NCBI GenBank assembly: GCA_964368135.1
Contig: CAYIZI010000001.1
Coordinates: forward strand, 42,926 to 106,925
Length of the DNA: 64,000 bases
From: an uncultured Candidatus Saccharibacteria bacterium
Lineage (GTDB): Bacteria > Patescibacteriota > Minisyncoccia > 2-02-FULL-40-12
Direction of reading: 5' to 3'
Below are positions 54,184-63,137 of the stretch, piece after piece. The stretch's first letter is position 1, and each line of letters starts with the position of its first letter. The position numbers and the translations under genes were made by a program. The notes under the pieces are model-generated. The model ran no database searches. It was not told the DNA's origin and worked only from the letters and a program-made list of their open reading frames with translations.

Positions 54184-55785
54184 TCAATTGCAAACTGGTG
54201 ATGGTTCAATAATCCGCAGTTTGCTTTGTTGGTTAGTTACTGTGTAGATAACGTCGTTCTCATAAGCAAAGTTTTGCGGGTCTACTGAAAAGTTATAGGG
54301 ACAGGTATCCCATCTCTCAATATTGGCCGGATCACTTACATCTAAAACAAGAAAGGGGTCGTTGGGATCTCTTGTTGTAACAAAAGCTAACTGTCCTGAA
54401 ACTTTAATGCCGGTAATGCCCGCACCCTGGTTATAATTAAAAAAATCATTAAAGTTTACTGACCCAGGAGCAGAAGATAAGTCGTTAGTATCAACAACGT
54501 AAAAATCTCGGTCATTCCCTGGATTTGAACGTCCTATTCCAAGATAAATTTTATTTCCAATAACATATAAATCTCTCCCGTCTTTTGAACTTGCCGAACC
54601 GTCGGCTCTTTCCGCATCAAAGGTACCGGCAATAGTTATATTTAAAGGATTGGCTATATTAAGAACGATAATTTCCTCGTTATTAGAAGAAGTGGCAAGA
54701 TAGGCCCTATCCTCTCTTACTTCAATATCATTGATATTATGATCTACTTGGGTAGAGCCTGTATTCCCAAGGTGAACGGGGTTTGTTGGATCAGTTACAT
54801 CAAAAATGTGAAACTCCGAACCGCCAACTCTATGGGTACCTATATAAATGCGGTTATTGTAATAAGCAATGCTTCGTCCGCCGGGACAAGTAAAATTACA
54901 AGTTCCACTTACTCCGGGTAAAGACACAGAAGCAATTTGAATAGGCGCCGCGGGGTCAGTCACATCAATTACCTGGAGTTGGCCGCTGGCTTTTTCATTG
55001 CCGCTGCCACTGCCGTCATCCGGATCGTAAAAATCTCCGTGGATACTGGCCGCAAAAATATAACGTTTATTTAACGATTGAAAATCAACGGCCACTAAAT
55101 CAACAATCCCGTTTAGTTTTTTACCTGGTCCCCAATCCACCCCGATACTCCCTAAAAAAACTGGGTTTGAAGTATTAGCCGCATCATAAATAAATAGGTC
55201 ATCTAAATTTTCATTAGAATCATAGACCCCTAAGTAAACAATCTTATTCAGGACGGCAATACTTTCACCGTTAACAGTATTTATAATAATATTGTCGTGA
55301 TTGGTTACGGGATTCCTCCAATTATCATTTGACGGAGATATTATGGAACAATTACTGCCAGCATCAATAAAAGCTTTTAGACTGCCGATAATACTAGAAA
55401 TACTTATTGATTGAGGCCTGTTTTCCACATCCCAATCAATAGTACTTTTAATTTCTTTGACACAGGGAGAGATATCTAATACTTCTAAAGTTTTAGTGTA
55501 AATGTCAGTCGTAGTCGGAGTTGTAGAAATAATGGAGTTAAATTCTCCGACTGTACCACGAGATTGAGCTCGAGTATTCTCAAGTTCCTCTTGAGCAAAA
55601 TACAAAGCTTCCTGATTTGTCTCGGTGTCTATTTCGGTTGACTGACCGCCAAACAAAACCATTATCACCGCGGAAATCGTCAAAACGAAAATAAACATCG
55701 CAATCATAATTTCCATTGTGGTCAGACCGCTTTCTAACCCGCTCTGGCGCTTAAGTTTCTTAGTAATTGATCCGGCCTTGTTCAT
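54184..55785 (-). CDS. Large pilin-like protein: prepilin N-terminus fused to an LVIVD-repeat beta-propeller-like domain (candidate pilus tip adhesin)
   Basis: SG|LTTMEIMIAMFIFVLTI prepilin signal with Glu+5; repeated (D/N)(I/V)xV.... segments (AYLATSSNNEEIIVLNIANP, LAFVTTRDPNDPFLVLDVSDP) typical of LVIVD propellers; 533 aa. Confidence 0.6.
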   Translation of the reverse strand: MNKAGSITKKLKRQSGLESGLTTMEIMIAMFIFVLTISAVIMVLFGGQSTEIDTETNQEALYFAQEELENTRAQSRGTVGEFNSIISTTPTTTDIYTKTLEVLDISPCVKEIKSTIDWDVENRPQSISISSIIGSLKAFIDAGSNCSIISPSNDNWRNPVTNHDNIIINTVNGESIAVLNKIVYLGVYDSNENLDDLFIYDAANTSNPVFLGSIGVDWGPGKKLNGIVDLVAVDFQSLNKRYIFAASIHGDFYDPDDGSGSGNEKASGQLQVIDVTDPAAPIQIASVSLPGVSGTCNFTCPGGRSIAYYNNRIYIGTHRVGGSEFHIFDVTDPTNPVHLGNTGSTQVDHNINDIEVREDRAYLATSSNNEEIIVLNIANPLNITIAGTFDAERADGSASSKDGRDLYVIGNKIYLGIGRSNPGNDRDFYVVDTNDLSSAPGSVNFNDFFNYNQGAGITGIKVSGQLAFVTTRDPNDPFLVLDVSDPANIERWDTCPYNFSVDPQNFAYENDVIYTVTNQQSKLRIIEPSPVCN

Positions 55786-56233
55786 TGATGGTTATGGTTA
55801 AGGGAGGTTTACCCACGCTAATCAGAGTAATCTCAAGCGGCGCCGCCGCTACATTCCCAGTCAGCTGCTCAAAATTTATAATCCCGGACCAGGCTATCCC
55901 TAATCTTTCTATCGGGATACTTTCATTGCTTGGATCATTTGGAACGTAAACTGAACCTTCAAAAATTACAAGCTCTTTTTTAGCGTCATCATAATAAACG
56001 CTGTAAGACGACTGATTAATATTGCTGACGGCCTGATTCCTGGCTTTCTGCAAAATACTTATCACTATATCTTTGTCGTAATTAAAAGAATAGGTTCGGT
56101 AAAAATCCATACTCAAAAAAAGGCCGATGCCCATTAGCAGAACCAAAATACCGATGGCAACCAGAATTTCAATAATAGAGAATCCGTTACTACGCCGGCC
56201 GGCTAAATTAAGGCGAGAGGTTCCTGGTAATTT
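55760..56233 (-). CDS. Type IV minor pilin
   Basis: SNG|FSIIEILVAIGILVLLMGIGL; start trimmed to MKLPG at 56233. Confidence 0.65.
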   Translation of the reverse strand, partial: KLPGTSRLNLAGRRSNGFSIIEILVAIGILVLLMGIGLFLSMDFYRTYSFNYDKDIVISILQKARNQAVSNINQSSYSVYYDDAKKELVIFEGSVYVPNDPSNESIPIERLGIAWSGIINFEQLTGNVAAAPLEITLISVGKPPLTITINEQGRINY

Positions 56234-57278
56234 CATAAATCGGGGTAATGATTGAAACAGCAATAAAGCCGACAATCAAACCCATAAACACCATCAAAGC
56301 CGGCTCAAGGATCGTAGATAAATTCTTAGTCAGTTCGTCCATCTCGGCCTCATACATTTCGGCCAGATAAAGTAAAGTTTCATCCAAGCGGCCGGTTGAT
56401 TCGCCGATTTCAATCAAATGAGTCAAAATATGCGGGAAAAGGTCTGGCCTTCTTTCCATCTGACTGACTATTTTTTCGCCCTTAACCACGCACTTTGAAA
56501 TCTTCACAAGTTCGTTTCGGTAGACCAGATTAGTGGTCGTCTGCGAGGCAATTAAAAAAGCATTAATCACTCTGATGTCGCTTTTGATCAAAATTCCAAG
56601 GGTCCGGCAAATATTGGCCAAGTGATAATTCTTGAATATCGGACCAATCAAAGGCATTTTAAAGCTGGCCAGGTGCAGAAGATAGCGAAACTTATCCGAA
56701 GTCCTAAAAAAAACAATTAAACCAACCGCCAAAACAATAATCCCGGCAACTAAAAACAACCCATAGGCCTTCAAAAAATCAACGCTGGCAATCAGGGCCC
56801 GGGTAGTAAGGGGCAGGTTCACATTCAAACTGGCGAAAATCGGCAAAATCTTCGGGAAAATATAAAGAGTTAAAAGGCCGGCCAAACCTAAAGTAGCAAT
56901 AATTATAAAAATCGGATAAACCAGCGCGCCCATCACTTTACGCTGCAGGGCCTGCTTTTTCTTCATCTCATCGGCCAAATAGTTCAGGTTCTCGTCCAGA
57001 GTACCGCTCTCTTCGCCGACCCGAATCAAATTAATGGCCAGCTGGTCAAAGTTATGCCGAAACTTAGCCAAACTGCTTGAAAGATACTGACCGTTGGAAA
57101 CGTCTTTAATCACCTGGTCAAGAACCAATGACTTGGCGCCCGATGGACTTTGTTTTCTTAAAATATTTAAACTCTGGAGCAAGGGCACGCCGGCCTTAAC
57201 CAAAAAAGACAGCCGCTTGGCAAAAAGGGTTTTCTCTTTTACGGAAATTCTGGTAAATAACTCTCTTAATCTACTCAT
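56208..57278 (-). CDS. pilC: Type IV pilus assembly platform protein PilC (GspF family)
   Basis: Two T2SSF repeats, three TM helices; 356 aa. Confidence 0.8.
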   Translation of the reverse strand: MSRLRELFTRISVKEKTLFAKRLSFLVKAGVPLLQSLNILRKQSPSGAKSLVLDQVIKDVSNGQYLSSSLAKFRHNFDQLAINLIRVGEESGTLDENLNYLADEMKKKQALQRKVMGALVYPIFIIIATLGLAGLLTLYIFPKILPIFASLNVNLPLTTRALIASVDFLKAYGLFLVAGIIVLAVGLIVFFRTSDKFRYLLHLASFKMPLIGPIFKNYHLANICRTLGILIKSDIRVINAFLIASQTTTNLVYRNELVKISKCVVKGEKIVSQMERRPDLFPHILTHLIEIGESTGRLDETLLYLAEMYEAEMDELTKNLSTILEPALMVFMGLIVGFIAVSIITPIYEITRNLSP

Positions 57279-58503
57279 TGATCACTCTCAAAACTTCCTC
57301 CAGAGTGGTAATGCCTTCTTTGGCTTTCCTGATGCCGTCCTCAACTATAGTGGTCATCCCATTGCCGGAAGCGATTAACTTAATCTCATTGGCCGAAGCC
57401 CTCCTTAAAAAAGCTTCTCTGACCATATTGTCTACAACCATCACTTCAAATATGCCGACTCGGCCCTGAAAACCGGTCTCGCCGCATTTCTCACAGCCCC
57501 TGCCGTAATAAAACTGCCAGTTGGAATCTGAACCCAAAACCGAATTCTGGAAAAAATTTTCCAAGCTCTTCTTTTCGGCGTCGGTCAGCTTTCTTAAAGT
57601 TTTGCATTTGGGGCAAATTTTCCTGACCAATCTCTGGGCAATGGCCAAGTTGACCGTTGAAGCAACCAGGTACGGCTCAACTTTCATATCTAATAATCTG
57701 GGCAAAGTGGTGGCCGCGTCATTGGTATGCAAAGTGGACAAAAGCAGGTGGCCGGTTAAAGCGGTGTTGACAGCTAAGGCCGCGGTCTCAACATCTCTGA
57801 TTTCGCCAACCATTATTATATCGGGGTCCTGCCGTAAAATTGACCTTAGTCCGTTGGCAAAGTTTAAGCCGACCCGGGAATTAACCTGAATCTGTTCAAT
57901 TCCTTCAACCGCGTATTCAATCGGGTCCTCCACCGTGACAATTGAAACATCTTTGTTGTTTAAAAATTTTAAAACGGTGTAAAGAGTGGTGGTTTTGCCA
58001 GATCCGGTCGGTCCGGTGGCTAAAATCATGCCGTGACTTTTTTTGGCGGCCCTCAAAACCTTTTCCTTGTCTGACGGACTAAAGCCAAGTTTATCCAAAG
58101 TGTATTCTTCTTCCTTATCTGATAAAAGACGCAAAACCGCGTTCTCGCCGTAATAGGTTGGAGCTACGGAAACGCGAATATCAATCGGCGCCTGCCCGTC
58201 AAAAGCAATACTGAACCGGCCGTCTTGAGCAGTCTGGTGTTCGTCAGTCCTTAAGTTTGATAAAATTTTAATTCTGGAAACCACCTCTGATTTGATTTCT
58301 CTTGGAAAAGTAAAAAAATCCTGCAAAACGCCGTCAATTCTAAACCTGATTCTGACTCCCTTTGTGCCCGGGTCAATATGAATATCCGAAGCCCGCGAGT
58401 TGTGGGCGTATTCTATTAAGTTGTCCACCAGGCTGATTAAGGAAATCTGTTCAGAGTTTTGCTCAATTTCCCGCTCAATTTTATTTCTTAGTTCTGTTGA
58501 CAT
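57271..58503 (-). CDS. pilB: Type IV pilus assembly ATPase PilB/GspE (no N1 domain)
   Basis: Walker A GPTGSGKTTTL, Asp/His boxes, tetracysteine CPKC...CEKC zinc motif characteristic of PilB/GspE rather than PilT; 410 aa. Confidence 0.8.
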   Translation of the reverse strand: MSTELRNKIEREIEQNSEQISLISLVDNLIEYAHNSRASDIHIDPGTKGVRIRFRIDGVLQDFFTFPREIKSEVVSRIKILSNLRTDEHQTAQDGRFSIAFDGQAPIDIRVSVAPTYYGENAVLRLLSDKEEEYTLDKLGFSPSDKEKVLRAAKKSHGMILATGPTGSGKTTTLYTVLKFLNNKDVSIVTVEDPIEYAVEGIEQIQVNSRVGLNFANGLRSILRQDPDIIMVGEIRDVETAALAVNTALTGHLLLSTLHTNDAATTLPRLLDMKVEPYLVASTVNLAIAQRLVRKICPKCKTLRKLTDAEKKSLENFFQNSVLGSDSNWQFYYGRGCEKCGETGFQGRVGIFEVMVVDNMVREAFLRRASANEIKLIASGNGMTTIVEDGIRKAKEGITTLEEVLRVINE

Positions 58504-58583
58504 TAGAGAAAAATTAATCTTAATCGTATAATCTTATATCTTTCCTTTGAATATAGTCAACAAAAAAAGCCCAAAGAGCCATG

Positions 58584-58614
58584 GAACATAATAAATTCAG
58601 AAAAGGTGCGGGGT
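58584..58614 (+). repeat. 31-nt repeat copy A (gaacataataaattcagaaaaggtgcggggt), overlapping the 3' end of the DedA-like gene
   Basis: Identical to 59430-59460. Confidence 0.7.
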
Positions 58615-59181
58615 GTATAGGCCAATAAACGCAGCCAGGGTGTTAAAAACGATATTGCCTAAAGTCATCGGAATCATCAGCCGCCAGTAAGGATAGTGAA
58701 TAAAACCAAGGGGCATGACCACCAAATCATCAGGCAGAGGGATAAAAGCGCCGTAGCTGAAAATGGCCAGACTGGCCAGCCACTTGGGATGAGACAAAGA
58801 CCATTCATAAGCCCGGTCAATGGTTTTTTGAATTCTTGAAGGGATAATTTCCCGGCCATGATATGCAATAACATAAGAAGTTGAATCACCCAAGAAAAGG
58901 CCGATGCCGGCCACAAAACCCAAAAGAAATGGGTTTAACCCGCCGGCGGCAAAAGTCATCACAAAGAGATAATAAGGAATCGGAACAAAGGTTGAGATGC
59001 CGCCCAAGAAAGCCAAAACAAAGGTAATCAAATAGCCGTTTCGGACGCCCAGAATCTCAATAATGTCAGCCGGCGGAATCCGGTAAATAAAAACTGTCCA
59101 GGCGACAAAAAGAGCAATCAGGATTAAAAAAGGAAATTGGGCTTTACTAACTATCCCCCGCACCTTTTCTGAATAGGTCAA
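58597..59181 (-). CDS. DedA/VTT-domain family membrane protein (YqaA-like)
   Basis: GLFLGDSTSYVIAYHG DedA-type motif, 5-6 TM; both its TTG start region and its last codons are encoded by copies of the 31-nt repeat. Confidence 0.55.
   Translation of the reverse strand: MTYSEKVRGIVSKAQFPFLILIALFVAWTVFIYRIPPADIIEILGVRNGYLITFVLAFLGGISTFVPIPYYLFVMTFAAGGLNPFLLGFVAGIGLFLGDSTSYVIAYHGREIIPSRIQKTIDRAYEWSLSHPKWLASLAIFSYGAFIPLPDDLVVMPLGFIHYPYWRLMIPMTLGNIVFNTLAAFIGLYTPHLF
59155..59174 (-). repeat. Inverted partial copy B of the 31-nt repeat (ccccgcaccttttctgaat), at the GIY-YIG stop / DedA start
   Basis: Reverse complement matches attcagaaaaggtgcgggg of copies A and C (19-20 nt). Confidence 0.6.
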
Positions 59182-59435
59182 GACGACAAACTGCCGAGTA
59201 TTCTTCTCTTAAGCTGAGAATATACTTTACCGAACTGTTTCAGTTTTTTCTCACGGTTTCTGACGTCTTGACCGTTTAGATAACCTTCACAATAAACTAA
59301 CTTCCAAGGAATGAAAGCTTTAGTCGACCGATTATATCCTAAATTATGTTCTCTTATCCTTTTTAAAATATTAGTTGTTATGCCAATATATAATTTCTTG
59401 TTTTTATCGCTTTTCAATAAATAGACATAGAACAT
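59178..59435 (-). CDS. Small GIY-YIG nuclease-family protein (COG2827/YhbQ-like)
   Basis: MFYVYLLKSDKNKKLYIGITTNILKRIREHNLGYNRSTKAFIPWKLVYCE; 85 aa; the N-terminal 110 codons of the tracked ORF overlap the upstream gene out of frame and were trimmed. Confidence 0.7.
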   Translation of the reverse strand: MFYVYLLKSDKNKKLYIGITTNILKRIREHNLGYNRSTKAFIPWKLVYCEGYLNGQDVRNREKKLKQFGKVYSQLKRRILGSLSS

Positions 59436-59460
59436 AATAAATTCAGAAAAGGTGCGGGGT
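59430..59460 (+). repeat. 31-nt repeat copy C, between the membrane-protein stop (59464) and the GIY-YIG start (59435)
   Basis: Identical to 58584-58614. Confidence 0.7.
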
Positions 59461-59463
59461 TCA

Positions 59464-60501
59464 CTATTTGTTTTGATTCTTGAAAGACGGATAGCGGTCT
59501 GGGTCAATGGTTCGGCTGAAGCAAGTTCTTTCAGCGTCATGGAGCCAGCTTTCTTCAGTAATGCCAGGGTAAGGATAATAAAGCTCGCGGGGGGCCAAAG
59601 GCACTGGTTTTGCTCCGCTCTTTTCCGGCTCCTGCTTGTTTGAGGTCTTAAAAGTGGCGCAAAGCTCAAACTGCAAAGTACCGCGAACTCGGTATTCATA
59701 CGAGTCCCCTGTTTCCGGGTCAGCCGGCGGGATGAAGCCACGGATATCGTCGCGAAGCTGATCAAGATTTTGAGGCAATGTTTCTTTGGCCTGCCAAAAG
59801 TTTATAATTTCATTCTGAATCGCCTGTAGATCCGAAATTCTCCGCTCATCAAATCTCTTCAAGCGCTGGGCAATTGGCGAACCGGCCGTAACAAAGCCGA
59901 TGACGATGAAAAAAATGCCAGCCAGGGAAACCAACCAAACGAACCATCTCATTTTCGGGTCTTTAGCGGCCGGAACTTTCCGCCGGATATTCCACAAGTA
60001 ATAGGTAAACACCGCTAAAGCAATAACCAGAACGGTCAAAATCTTAAGCACAAATTGAGTGGTTAAATCTCCATTAAGATAGCGATAAATAAGAGCGATT
60101 AAATCAGCGACAATAATGATGGCGGCAACAAAAAGCGTAAAATGCAAAAGCCATTTCCTGACTTTTAATTCTTTTTTCTCGGGATTCCGTTCAAGGTCTT
60201 TCTGAAGATAGGAGTTATACCAAAGATACAAAGGGAAAACCACGATCAGGGTAGCCAAAGGCCATCTGATGGCCTGGCGGTTATAAAAATCGTAGCTTAA
60301 AACATCGGGGAAATATATATCAATCAAACCGAAAATTAAAACACCAAAAGAAATTACCAGGACATAAAGGCCGATAATGACCAAGAGTTGGCCAAACACG
60401 TCTTTGCTCGTCGAAGGTTCCGCCCCCGACGTAAGTCGGGGTTGCGGAATCGCTGTCGGCCCGGTTTTTGCAGAATCAGTCATTGTTTTAAATTCTACCA
60501 A
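59464..60501 (-). CDS. Hypothetical polytopic membrane protein
   Basis: 345 aa with ~6 TM helices and a C-terminal soluble domain; no family recognised. Confidence 0.45.
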   Translation of the reverse strand: MVEFKTMTDSAKTGPTAIPQPRLTSGAEPSTSKDVFGQLLVIIGLYVLVISFGVLIFGLIDIYFPDVLSYDFYNRQAIRWPLATLIVVFPLYLWYNSYLQKDLERNPEKKELKVRKWLLHFTLFVAAIIIVADLIALIYRYLNGDLTTQFVLKILTVLVIALAVFTYYLWNIRRKVPAAKDPKMRWFVWLVSLAGIFFIVIGFVTAGSPIAQRLKRFDERRISDLQAIQNEIINFWQAKETLPQNLDQLRDDIRGFIPPADPETGDSYEYRVRGTLQFELCATFKTSNKQEPEKSGAKPVPLAPRELYYPYPGITEESWLHDAERTCFSRTIDPDRYPSFKNQNK

Positions 60502-60522
60502 ACTTATCTAATTTTTACAAAT

Positions 60523-61005
60523 TTATTTCTTTAACTTATCATAATTTTTCCTAAACTCTTCCAGTACTTCTTGGGCGTGGATTTCCGGCTTCACCTTTTC
60601 GTAAATTTTGGCGATTTTGCCTTTAGGGTCAATTAAAAAAGAAGTGCGCAAGGTTCCGTAATACTCGCGGCCCATCATTTTTTTCTTAGCCCAAACACCG
60701 TATTTTTTAAGTACTTCTTCCCCTTCGTCAGCTAAAATCGTGAAGGGCAAGCTGTATTTTTCGGAAAATTTTTTGTGGCTTTTAACCGAATCCGCGCTCA
60801 GGCCTAAAACCTTGACCTTTATTTTTTTGAAATCCGGAAAGTTGTCGCGGATGGCGCAGGCCTCTTTGGTGCAGCCAGGCGTATCGTCTTTAGGATAAAA
60901 ATACAAAAGCACCCACTGACCCCGATAATCGGAAAGTTTGTGAATTTTACTATCTTGGTCCGGCAAATTGAAATCCGGCGCAACTTGCCCTATTTTCAGC
61001 TTCAT
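60523..61005 (-). CDS. bcp: Peroxiredoxin, Bcp/PrxQ type
   Basis: [21 protein letters not shown] peroxidatic Cys motif. Confidence 0.8.
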   Translation of the reverse strand: MKLKIGQVAPDFNLPDQDSKIHKLSDYRGQWVLLYFYPKDDTPGCTKEACAIRDNFPDFKKIKVKVLGLSADSVKSHKKFSEKYSLPFTILADEGEEVLKKYGVWAKKKMMGREYYGTLRTSFLIDPKGKIAKIYEKVKPEIHAQEVLEEFRKNYDKLKK

Positions 61006-61029
61006 ATAAAAATTCTATCATAATATCAT

Positions 61030-61647
61030 ATGAATCCAAAAACTATTAGATACTTTATAATAGGATTTGCCTATCTGGCGGTGGCTTATCCTTTATGGGT
61101 GAGATTTAGAAGTTTAACCTGGGTTTTTGATTTTGATTTGCTGCTGTCCAATCTCTTTCCGATGTTCGGGCTGGCCGCTTTTGCAATTTTATGGCTTCAT
61201 GTTGTAAGCGGCGTGTTTGAACCGTGGCTAAGAGAAAATTTTGACTTTGACCGCTTCGTCAACAACACCTCGTTTCTGCTTTTTATTTTTATAATCCTCC
61301 ACCCGCTTTTACTGCTGATCAGTTTGAATTTCAGTTTCAGCAATTTGTTTCTGGCTTACGGCGTTCGCTCCGTTTGGCTTGGCATTATCGCCTGGCTTTT
61401 GCTTATCACCTATGACATTGGCAAGGCCTTTAAAAAACGGGGCTTCTTTAGCTCAAATTGGAATAATATTTTAATCATAAGCACAGTTGGAATTATATTG
61501 ATATTTTTCCACTCTTTAGATTTAGGAAGCGATTTGCAGTCAGGACACTTGAGAGTTATTTGGCTTTTTTACGGCCTGACCGCCATCATTGCCGCGATTT
61601 ATGTTTATGGAATAAAAAGATTTTTGATCTCCTCTCATAAAATTTGA
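61030..61647 (+). CDS. Hypothetical polytopic membrane protein
   Basis: 205 aa, ~6 hydrophobic helices; no family recognised. Confidence 0.4.
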   Translation: MNPKTIRYFIIGFAYLAVAYPLWVRFRSLTWVFDFDLLLSNLFPMFGLAAFAILWLHVVSGVFEPWLRENFDFDRFVNNTSFLLFIFIILHPLLLLISLNFSFSNLFLAYGVRSVWLGIIAWLLLITYDIGKAFKKRGFFSSNWNNILIISTVGIILIFFHSLDLGSDLQSGHLRVIWLFYGLTAIIAAIYVYGIKRFLISSHKI

Positions 61648-61712
61648 TTTCCCATTTTTACTCAACAATCCGGAAAATCTCTGGATTTAGAGTATTAACA
61701 ACAAGGACTCAT

Positions 61713-61868
61713 TTATATCCCAAGAAATCTCAGCAACTCGTAAACAAGAAAAGCTGGCCAGAGAATCGCTTTTAGCAGACCTAAAACTATCGCCCCAAAG
61801 CCATCAGCTTGGGACAAATAGTATATCGCCGCGCCAATGAAGCCTAATCCGTAGACAGGACTTTTCAT
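61713..61868 (-). CDS. Candidate 51-aa small membrane protein (not in the ORF track)
   Basis: Minus-strand ORF MKSPVYGLGFIGAAIYYLSQADGFGAIVLGLLKAILWPAFLVYELLRFLGI*. Confidence 0.25.
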   Translation of the reverse strand: MKSPVYGLGFIGAAIYYLSQADGFGAIVLGLLKAILWPAFLVYELLRFLGI

Positions 61869-61875
61869 AGCTGCA

Positions 61876-62100
61876 CTATCTTTGTGAAAAAAGCCAATCC
61901 ATCAACCGCTTGCGGTGCTTCTCAATTGACCAATCTTCAGATTTTTTGAAAAGCGAAGAGTGGGTAATCTGAAATTCTTTCAAGGCTTTGCTTGTTGCTT
62001 GCGGAAAATCTTCGGGAATACTCTTATTATAATTTTCAATAAAAACACCTAAAGATGTAGTAATTTGATTTTGCTCAAATTCGTTGCTCTTAGATCTCAT
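61876..62100 (-). CDS. Hypothetical 74-aa protein
   Basis: ORF only; no family recognised. Confidence 0.3.
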   Translation of the reverse strand: MRSKSNEFEQNQITTSLGVFIENYNKSIPEDFPQATSKALKEFQITHSSLFKKSEDWSIEKHRKRLMDWLFSQR

Positions 62101-62170
62101 CAGTTTAAGATAGCATAAATCACTCGAAAATGAAAGAGATAACTTACTTATTAGATAAGGCGCGAGCTTC

Positions 62171-62198
62171 TTGAAAAAAAATGCAAAAAGACTATAGT
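62171..62198 (+). promoter_or_regulatory. Candidate sigma-70-type promoter for the DUF1059 gene
   Basis: TTGAAA (62171-62176) - 16 nt - TATAGT (62193-62198). Confidence 0.4.
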
Positions 62199-62245
62199 AT
62201 TTTCAATTAGGTCGATTCAGGTTTATTAAAGAAAACCCAACAAAT

Positions 62246-62449
62246 ATGAGCAAATTCTCAATGACCTGTTCCTGCGGCCACACAATGGCGGTTGAAGCAG
62301 CCAGCCAGGCCGAAGCAGTCAAAAAGCTTAAAGGCATGATGAATAAAGCAGCGGTTAAAGCTCACCTGGCTGAAAAACACGCTGGCCAGCCAATGATGAC
62401 CGTGGCAGACGTTCACGCCGCAATTGAAAAGACCACTGTTCTCGTCTAA
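62246..62449 (+). CDS. DUF1059-family small protein
   Basis: MSKFSMTCSCGHTMAVEAASQAEA...AHLAEKHAGQP pattern typical of DUF1059. Confidence 0.55.
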   Translation: MSKFSMTCSCGHTMAVEAASQAEAVKKLKGMMNKAAVKAHLAEKHAGQPMMTVADVHAAIEKTTVLV

Positions 62450-62460
62450 GTTTTTATCAG

Positions 62461-62503
62461 CATAAATAAAACCGCTTAAAAATTAAAAGCGGTTTTATTT
62501 ATG
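62461..62503. terminator. Bidirectional intrinsic terminator (17-bp perfect stem)
   Basis: cataaataaaaccgctt-aaaaattaa-aagcggttttatttatg with T-rich tails on both strands; lies between convergent genes. Confidence 0.7.
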
Positions 62504-62573
62504 CTCCGACTGTTGGATGCGTTTAGAATGGAGTTATGGACTAGGAGTCGGGGTTGGACTGGGGCTTCCTATT

Positions 62574-63062
62574 TTATGGTTTCACCTCGCCTGGTTCGGT
62601 TGCATCCTTGGTCACTATAAAAATCGTCATCACCGATTCGCCGCTGATAGAATCCTTTGCGGGGTAGTCTTCCCCGGCCTCAAATACTTTGTCTCCGTCA
62701 TCGAGATGAATCATGGCGTAGAGCGTCTCACCATCCACGGTCATCCGGGAAAAAACGACCAAGACATCTTTTGTTTCGCCTTTAGAGAGTAAAGCGCTGG
62801 CGCCCAAAATTTTGCCGGGCCTGCCGTTTATATCTTCATGAATAACCACAAAACCAGGTCTCTCAAATTGGACAACCGCCACTGACACATTTTTGGCCGG
62901 TACCTGCTCCGCAACATAGATCGCATTTTTCGCGATAATAAGACCGGTGGAGTCTCCATTAAGGCGGCCGGGCTCGGGAGTTTCTCTAAGGAATAAAAAT
63001 GTTGCGCCGAGGCCAATAGCAATAAGAATAACAAGAATAAAGAAGGTTTTTGTATTCATCAT
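62574..63062 (-). CDS. Hypothetical exported protein with N-terminal TM anchor
   Basis: MMNTKTFFILVILIAIGLGATFLFL anchor then a soluble domain; no family recognised. Confidence 0.4.
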   Translation of the reverse strand: MMNTKTFFILVILIAIGLGATFLFLRETPEPGRLNGDSTGLIIAKNAIYVAEQVPAKNVSVAVVQFERPGFVVIHEDINGRPGKILGASALLSKGETKDVLVVFSRMTVDGETLYAMIHLDDGDKVFEAGEDYPAKDSISGESVMTIFIVTKDATEPGEVKP

Positions 63063-63137
63063 ATTAAGAATATATAATCTACAAAAATAAACAACCCCTT
63101 GCAAGGGATTGTTTATTTTTATTCTCTCAAAGCAATT

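Noticed and set aside
59436-59765. N-terminal 110 codons of ORF 59178..59765
   Set aside because: It overlaps the C-terminus of the 59464-60501 membrane protein out of frame. The conserved GIY-YIG domain starts at the ATG at 59435.
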